A DNA stretch of 33,339 nucleotides from a virus (Duplodnaviria; Heunggongvirae; Uroviricota; Caudoviricetes), in the IMG/VR virus record IMGVR_UViG_2671180294_000014. One strand, written 5' to 3'. How positions within the stretch are numbered: position 1 is the first letter of the stretch; each line of letters begins with the position of its first letter. Under the pieces are notes generated by a model, which was given only the letters and a program-made list of their open reading frames with translations, ran no database searches and had not been told where the DNA came from. The translations under genes were made by a program, and so were the position numbers. Shown one piece after another: positions 27,374-33,339 of this stretch.

Positions 27374-27649
27374 ATGAACAAAGAAAATGTGATTACCCTG
27401 GACAATCCGGTCAAGCGTGGTGAGCAGGTTATCGAACAGGTCACGCTGATGAAACCCAGTGCGGGGACGCTGCGCGGTGTCAGTCTGGCTGCGGTCGCAA
27501 ACTCAGAAGTCGATGCACTGATTAAGGTGCTGCCGCGCATGACGGCACCGATGCTGACCGAGCAGGAAGTCGCCGCGCTGGAACTGCCTGACCTTGTGGC
27601 GCTGGCCGGTAAGGTGGTCGGTTTTTTGTCGCCGAACTCGGTGCAGTGA
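27374..27649 (+). CDS. E: tail assembly chaperone E
   Basis: 91 aa; precedes the tape-measure gene; slippery TTTTTTG near its 3' end. Confidence 0.85.
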   Translation: MNKENVITLDNPVKRGEQVIEQVTLMKPSAGTLRGVSLAAVANSEVDALIKVLPRMTAPMLTEQEVAALELPDLVALAGKVVGFLSPNSVQ

Positions 27650-27801
27650 CGCTTCCGAAAAATCTGTCGGTCGATGACCTGATGGCGGATGTGGCAGTGA
27701 TATTTCACTGGCCGCCATCAGAACTGTATCCCATGAGCCTGACCGAACTCATCACATGGCGCGAAAAGGCGCTCAGGCGAAGCGGAAACACGAATGAGTA
27801 A
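27374..27801 (+). CDS. E': E+E' tail chaperone made by programmed -1 frameshift
   Basis: Slippery heptamer TTTTTTG at 27622-27628. The -1 frame stays open from there to TAA at 27799-27801, which overlaps the T start. Same arrangement as P2 E/E' and lambda G/GT. Confidence 0.7.
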
Positions 27802-30245
27802 CAATGTAAAATTACAGGTATTGCTCAGGGCTGTTGACCAGGCGTCCCGCCCGTTTAAATCCATCCGCAGAGCGAGTAAGTTGCTGTCGGGGGATATCCG
27901 GGAAACACAAAAATCACTGCGCGAGCTGAACGGTCACGCATCCCGTATTGAGGGATTCCGCAAGACCAGTGCACAGCTCGCCGTGACTGGTCATGCACTT
28001 GAAAAGGCACGGCAGGAGGCCGAAGCCCTTGCCACACAGTTTAAAAACACCGAACGCCCGACCCGTGCTCAGGCGAAAGTGCTGGAATCCGCAAAGCGTG
28101 CGGCGGAGGACTTACAGGCGAAATATAACCGCCTGACAGATTCCGTTAAACGCCAGCAGCGGGAACTGGCCGCTGTGGGAATTAATACCCGCAATCTTGC
28201 ACATGATGAGCAGGGACTGAAAAACCGTATCAGTGAAACCACCGCCCAGCTTAACCGGCAGCGTGACGCGCTGGCGCGTGTCAGTGCGCAACAGGCAAAA
28301 CTTAACGCAGTCAAACAGCGTTATCAGGCCGGAAAGGAACTGGCCGGAAATATGGCCTCAGTGGGCGCTGCCGGTGTGGGGATTGCTGCTGCGGGAACGA
28401 TAGCCGGAGTTAAGCTGCTGATGCCAGGTTATGAGTTTGCGCAGAAAAACTCAGAATTGCAGGCTGTGCTCGGTGTGGCAAAAGACTCCGCCGAAATGGC
28501 TGCACTCCGCAAGCAGGCGCGCCAGCTCGGTGACAACACCGCCGCCTCAGCGGATGATGCGGCCGGTGCACAGATTATCATTGCGAAAGCGGGTGGGGAT
28601 GTTGATGCCATTCAGGCGGCAACGCCGGTCACGCTGAATATGGCGCTGGCGAACCGCCGCACAATGGAAGAAAACGCCGCCCTGCTGATGGGGATGAAAT
28701 CCGCCTTTCAGCTTTCAAACGATAAGGTCGCTCATATCGGGGATGTTCTCTCCATGACGATGAACAAAACCGCCGCTGATTTTGACGGCATGAGCGATGC
28801 GCTGACCTATGCCGCACCAGTGGCAAAAAATGCCGGTGTCAGCATTGAAGAAACCGCCGCAATGGTCGGGGCGCTGCATGATGCAAAAATCACAGGCTCA
28901 ATGGCGGGGACGGGAAGCCGTGCCGTGTTAAGTCGCCTGCAGGCACCGACTGGAAAAGCATGGGATGCACTCAAAGAGCTTGGCGTGAAAACCTCAGACA
29001 GTAAGGGAAACACCCGACCAGTATTTACCATTCTGAAAGAAATGCAGGCCAGCTTTGAGAAAAACCGGCTCGGTACTGCCCAGCAGGCCGAATACATGAA
29101 AACCATTTTCGGGGAGGAGGCCAGCTCAGCCGCCGCTGTGCTGATGACTGCCGCGTCAACCGGAAAGCTGGACAAACTGACCGCTGCGTTTAAAGCCTCA
29201 GACGGGAAGACCGCAGAGCTGGTAAATATCATGCAGGACAACCTCGGCGGTGACTTTAAGGAGTTTCAGTCCGCTTATGAGGCGGTGGGGACAGACCTGT
29301 TTGACCAGCAGGAAGGCGCGCTACGTAAGCTCACGCAGACGGCCACAAAGTATGTGTTAAAACTCGACGGCTGGGTACAGAAAAACAAATCACTGGCGTC
29401 AACCATTGGCCTCATTGCCGGTGGCGCGCTGGCGCTGACTGGCATCATCGGTGCAATTGGTCTTGTAGCCTGGCCGGTTATCACCGGCATCAATGCCATC
29501 ATCGCGGCAGCAGGCGCAATGGGGGCAATCTTCACGACGGTTGGTAGTGCCGTTATGACGGCCATCGGGGCGATTAGCTGGCCGGTTGTGGCTGGGGGGG
29601 NNNNNNNNNNNNNTCGCCGGGGCGTTGCTTATCCGTAAATACTGGGAGCCTGTCAGCGCATTCTTTGGCGGTGTGGTTGAAGGGCTGAAAGCGGCATTTG
29701 CGCCGGTGGGGGAGCTGTTCACGCCACTGAAACCGGTGTTTGACTGGCTGGGCGAAAAGTTACAGGCTGCGTGGCAGTGGTTTAAAAACCTGATTGCCCC
29801 GGTCAAAGCCACCCAGGACACCCTGAACCGTTGCCGTGACACGGGCGTCATGTTCGGGCAGGCACTGGCTGACGCGCTGATGCTGCCGCTTAATGCGTTC
29901 AACAAATTGCGCAGCGGCATTGACTGGGTACTGGAAAAGCTCGGGGTCATCAACAAAGAGTCAGACACACTTGACCAGACCGCCGCCAGAACTCATGCCG
30001 CCACGTATGGCACCGGTGGTTATATTCCGGCGACCAGCTCTTATGCAGGCTATCAGGCTTATCAGCCGGTCACGGCACCGGCTGGCCGCTCTTATGTGGA
30101 CCAGAGTAAAAACGAATATCACATCAGCCTGACGGGTGGTACTGCACCGGGGACACAGCTTGACCGCCAGTTACAGGATGCGCTCGAAAAATACGAGCGG
30201 GATAAACGTGCGCGCGCCCGTGCCAGCATGATGCATGACGGTTAA
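27794..30245 (+). CDS. T: tail tape measure protein, interrupted by an assembly gap
   Basis: ORFs 27794..29638 and 29586..30245 together equal P2 gpT in length (about 815 aa). A run of 13 N at 29601-29613 breaks the frame. Ala/Gly-rich with hydrophobic segments. Confidence 0.88.
29601..29613. other. assembly gap (13 N) after a poly-G tract
   Basis: Literal n characters in the sequence, preceded by GGGGGGG. Confidence 0.99.
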
Positions 30246-30259
30246 GGAGGTGACGAAAA

Positions 30260-30739
30260 ATGATGCTCGCGTTAGGTATGTTTGTTTTTATGCGCCAGAC
30301 GCTGCCACACCAGACCATGCAGCGTGAATCAGATTATCGCTGGCCGTCAAATTCCCGTATCGGTAAACGGGATGCCTATCAGTTTCTCGGTGTAGGTGAG
30401 GAGAACATCACACTTGCCGGTGTGCTTTATCCCGAACTGACTGGCGGAAAGCTGACGATGACCACGCTCAGACTGATGGCAGAGGAAGGCCGGGCGTGGC
30501 CGTTGCTGGATGGCACCGGCATGATTTACGGCATGTATGTCATCAGCAAGGTGAGTGAAACAGGGAGTATTTTCTTTGCAGACGGCACACCACGGAAAAT
30601 TGATTTTACGCTGTCGCTCACCCGCGTTGATGAGTCACTGGCCGCGCTTTATGGCGATATCGGTAAACAGGCGGAATCGCTCATCGGTAAGGCTGGCAGT
30701 ATGGCGACTAAATTCACGGGTATGACGGGGGCGGGATAA
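30260..30739 (+). CDS. U: tail protein U
   Basis: 159 aa; matches P2 gpU position and size. Confidence 0.88.
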   Translation: MMLALGMFVFMRQTLPHQTMQRESDYRWPSNSRIGKRDAYQFLGVGEENITLAGVLYPELTGGKLTMTTLRLMAEEGRAWPLLDGTGMIYGMYVISKVSETGSIFFADGTPRKIDFTLSLTRVDESLAALYGDIGKQAESLIGKAGSMATKFTGMTGAG

Positions 30740-31902
30740 TGCTGGATGCGCTGACATTTGATGCAGGCAGTACGCTGACGCCGGATTACATGCTGATGCT
30801 CGACAGCAGGGATATTACCGGCAATATCAGCGACCGTCTGATGAGCATGACCCTGACGGATAACCGGGGCTTTGAGGCTGACCAGCTTGATATTGAACTG
30901 AACGATGCCGACGGGCAGGTCGGGCTGCCGGTTCGTGGCGCTGTCCTGACGGTGTATATCGGCTGGAAAGGTTTTGCCCTGGTATGCAAAGGGAAATTTA
31001 CCGTTGATGAGGTTGAACACCGGGGCGCGCCGGATGTGGTCACCATCCGCGCCCGGAGTGCAGATTTTCGCGGGACGCTCAATTCCCGCCGTGAAGGCTC
31101 ATGGCATGACATTACGCTCGGTGCGATTGTTGAGGCGATAGCCTCCCGTAACAGGCTGGAAGCCAGTGTCGCTCCGTCACTGGCCGGAATAAAAATTCCA
31201 CACATCGACCAGTCGCAGGAGTCTGATGCGAAATTCCTGACCCGTCTTGCTGAACGCAACGGCGGCGAGGTGTCGGTAAAAATGGGAAAACTGCTGTTTC
31301 TCAAAGCGGGGCAGGGGGTGACGGCCAGCGGTAAAAAAATCCCGCAGATTACCATCACCCGCAGCGACGGCGACCGTCATCATTTTGCGATTGCTGACCG
31401 TGGAGCTTACACCGGCGTAACGGCAAAGTGGTTACACACCAAAGACCCGAAGCCGCAAAAGCAGAAGGTAAAACTGAAACGCAAAAAGAAAGAAAAACAC
31501 CTGCGCGCACTGGAGCACCCGAAAGCGAAACCGGTCACGCAGAAGAAAGCGCCAAAAGTACCGGAAGCGCGCGAAGGTGAATACATGGCCGGTGAAGCTG
31601 ACAACGTTTTTGCCCTGACCACGGTATATGCCACAAAAGCGCAGGCCATGCGCGCCGCTCAGGCGAAGTGGGATAAACTGCAACGGGGTGTAGCGGAGTT
31701 CTCCATCAGCCTGGCTACCGGTCGTGCAGATATTTACACGGAAACACCGGTTAAAGTGTCAGGCTTTAAGCGCGTCATAGACGAGCAGGACTGGACCATC
31801 ACTAAGGTGACACATTGTCTCAATAATAGCGGCTTCACGACGTCCTTGGAGCTTGAGGTAAGGCTTTCTGATGTGGAGTACGAAACAGAAGATGATGAGT
31901 GA
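30739..31902 (+). CDS. D: late tail protein D
   Basis: 387 aa; overlaps the U stop; contains a lysine-rich linker (KPQKQKVKLKRKKKEKH); matches P2 gpD. Confidence 0.88.
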   Translation: MLDALTFDAGSTLTPDYMLMLDSRDITGNISDRLMSMTLTDNRGFEADQLDIELNDADGQVGLPVRGAVLTVYIGWKGFALVCKGKFTVDEVEHRGAPDVVTIRARSADFRGTLNSRREGSWHDITLGAIVEAIASRNRLEASVAPSLAGIKIPHIDQSQESDAKFLTRLAERNGGEVSVKMGKLLFLKAGQGVTASGKKIPQITITRSDGDRHHFAIADRGAYTGVTAKWLHTKDPKPQKQKVKLKRKKKEKHLRALEHPKAKPVTQKKAPKVPEAREGEYMAGEADNVFALTTVYATKAQAMRAAQAKWDKLQRGVAEFSISLATGRADIYTETPVKVSGFKRVIDEQDWTITKVTHCLNNSGFTTSLELEVRLSDVEYETEDDE

Positions 31903-31983
31903 CGTGGTTTATTTATCTGTTTGTTTTATAAGGATAAATTAACTAAAATGGCACCATCAACAAAACCGGAAGAGGTGCTCGCG

Positions 31984-32202
31984 ATGTTTCATTGTCCTTT
32001 ATGCCAGCATGCCGCACATGCGCGTACAAGTCGCTATATCACTGACACGACAAAAGAGCGTTATCACCAGTGCCAGAACGTGAATTGCAGCGCCACGTTC
32101 ATCACTTATGAGTCGGTACAGCGATACATCGTGAAGCCGGGAGAAGTCCACGCCGTAAGGCCGCACCCGTTGCCGTCAGGGCAGCAAATTATGTGGATGT
32201 GA
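31984..32202 (+). CDS. ogr: late-gene transcription activator Ogr (C4 zinc finger)
   Basis: ORF 31921..32202; start set at ATG 31984 (MFHCPLCQHAAHARTSRYITDTTKERYHQCQNVNCSATF...), 72 aa with CxxC...CxxxxC, matching recalled P2 Ogr. Confidence 0.9.
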   Translation: MFHCPLCQHAAHARTSRYITDTTKERYHQCQNVNCSATFITYESVQRYIVKPGEVHAVRPHPLPSGQQIMWM

Positions 32203-32204
32203 TC

Positions 32205-32238
32205 AAAAAAATAGCCCCTCAGTTGAGGGGCTTATTTA
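32205..32238. terminator. intrinsic terminator after ogr at the right prophage end
   Basis: AAAAAAAT-AGCCCCTC-agtt-GAGGGGCT-TATTT: 8-bp stem, A-run before and T-rich after. Confidence 0.7.
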
Positions 32239-32329
32239 TGGTCGATGTGGACGCTATGTGGACAGCGGTTGACATAAATCCATTTATATCATCAGGTTAG
32301 GTACTTTTTTGTGACACCATCCCTGTCTT

Positions 32330-32355
32330 CCCCCACATGATGTGGGGGTTTTTTT
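32330..32355 (+). terminator. intrinsic terminator / hairpin upstream of fieF
   Basis: CCCCCACA-tga-TGTGGGGG followed by TTTTTTT. May belong to the host intergenic region or the prophage-host junction. Confidence 0.6.
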
Positions 32356-32436
32356 ATCCTCAATTTGCCTGCTGCTTAATGCATTGCAGATGATTTGCTT
32401 CCGTTATACTAGCGTCAGTTGATAGCGGGAGTATTT

Positions 32437-33339
32437 ATGAATCAATCTTATGGACGGCTGGTCAGTCGGGCGGCGATTGCTGCGACGGCGATGGCTTCGC
32501 TGCTATTGCTGATTAAAATTTTTGCATGGTGGTATACCGGGTCGGTGAGTATTCTCGCCGCGCTGGTGGATTCGCTGGTGGATATCGGCGCGTCGTTGAC
32601 GAATTTACTGGTGGTGCGATATTCCCTGCAACCTGCCGACGATAATCACTCGTTTGGTCACGGTAAAGCTGAGTCCCTCGCGGCGCTGGCGCAAAGTATG
32701 TTTATCTCCGGTTCGGCACTATTCCTGTTTTTGACGGGTATTCAACATCTGGTATCTCCAACACCGATGACAGATCCAGGCGTCGGGGTTATCGTGACAA
32801 TTGTGGCGCTAATTTGTACGATTATCCTTGTCTCGTTTCAGCGGTGGGTGGTGCGCCGGACGCAAAGCCAGGCGGTGCGGGCTGATATGCTACATTACCA
32901 GTCTGATGTTATGATGAACGGCGCAATTCTGCTGGCGCTGGGGTTGTCCTGGTACGGCTGGCATCGCGCCGATGCTCTGTTTGCATTGGGAATCGGCATC
33001 TATATTTTATATAGCGCGTTACGCATGGGATATGAGGCGGTACAGTCATTACTGGATCGCGCATTGCCTGATGAGGAACGGCAAGAAATTATTGATATCG
33101 TGACTTCCTGGCCGGGTGTTAGCGGCGCTCACGATCTTCGCACGCGGCAGTCAGGGCCGACCCGCTTTATTCAGATTCATTTGGAAATGGAAGACTCTCT
33201 GCCTTTGGTTCAGGCACATATGGTGGCGGATCAGGTAGAGCAGGCTATTTTACGGCGTTTTCCGGGATCGGATGTAATTATCCATCAGGACCCCTGTTCC
33301 GTCGTACCCAGGGAGGGTAAACGGTCTATGCTTTCATAA
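32437..33339 (+). CDS. fieF: cation diffusion facilitator family Fe(II)/Zn(II) efflux transporter (host gene)
   Basis: ORF 32419..33339; start at ATG 32437 ([36 protein letters not shown]...), 300 aa ending ...[10 protein letters not shown], as I recall E. coli FieF/YiiP. GC content and codon usage are host-like. Confidence 0.9.
   Translation: MNQSYGRLVSRAAIAATAMASLLLLIKIFAWWYTGSVSILAALVDSLVDIGASLTNLLVVRYSLQPADDNHSFGHGKAESLAALAQSMFISGSALFLFLTGIQHLVSPTPMTDPGVGVIVTIVALICTIILVSFQRWVVRRTQSQAVRADMLHYQSDVMMNGAILLALGLSWYGWHRADALFALGIGIYILYSALRMGYEAVQSLLDRALPDEERQEIIDIVTSWPGVSGAHDLRTRQSGPTRFIQIHLEMEDSLPLVQAHMVADQVEQAILRRFPGSDVIIHQDPCSVVPREGKRSMLS

Noticed and set aside
28069-29968. Antisense ORFs within the tape-measure gene (e.g. 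28807..29241, 29399..29968)
   Set aside because: Nested and antisense to T; one spans the N-gap; low-complexity translations.
30786-31683. Antisense ORFs within D (30786..31358, 31407..31649, 31432..31683)
   Set aside because: Antisense to a well-supported tail gene; no RBS; low-complexity products.
32203-32436. tRNA gene at the prophage-host junction
   Set aside because: No cloverleaf-compatible sequence recognised; the structured elements there are simple hairpin terminators. P2-like phages commonly integrate at non-tRNA sites.
1-33339. Extended N-terminal starts given by the ORF track (int 1011, P 11967, O 12045, L 14883, A 3457, ogr 31921, fieF 32419, lysC 17028)
   Set aside because: Internal ATGs with RBS and/or agreement with recalled P2 or E. 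coli N-termini were preferred; the extensions include alternative start codons or lack RBS.

Overview
The window is almost entirely one P2-like (Peduovirus-type) prophage, about 32.3 kb, in an Escherichia-like enterobacterial chromosome, ending next to the host gene fieF. All calls rest on reading the translated ORFs and the raw sequence by eye and on recalled P2 biology; no searches or computations were run. Gene order is collinear with integrated P2: int, C, cox, B, small early ORFs, A, then cargo, cos, Q/P, O-N-M-L-X, lysis cassette, tail and baseplate genes, H-G tail fibre, then more cargo, FI-FII-E/E'-T-U-D-ogr, then fieF. The two places where P2 carries tin/old and Z/fun hold different, visibly AT-rich cargo here. 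Hotspot 1 (about 5.8-8.9 kb) has a C5-cytosine methyltransferase and a convergent, translationally coupled two-gene operon: a DUF262/ParB-GmrS-like protein plus a small protein with a HEPN-like Rx4H motif. This operon is the best candidate for an undescribed anti-phage module. Hotspot 2 (23.8-25.2 kb) has a single 472-aa protein with no motif I recognise. Other points: the major capsid gene N has an apparent 1-nt deletion frameshift, the tape-measure gene T is broken by a 13-N assembly gap, and the tail fibre H carries about 3.6 tandem 132-bp repeats. No tRNA, rRNA or CRISPR array was seen.
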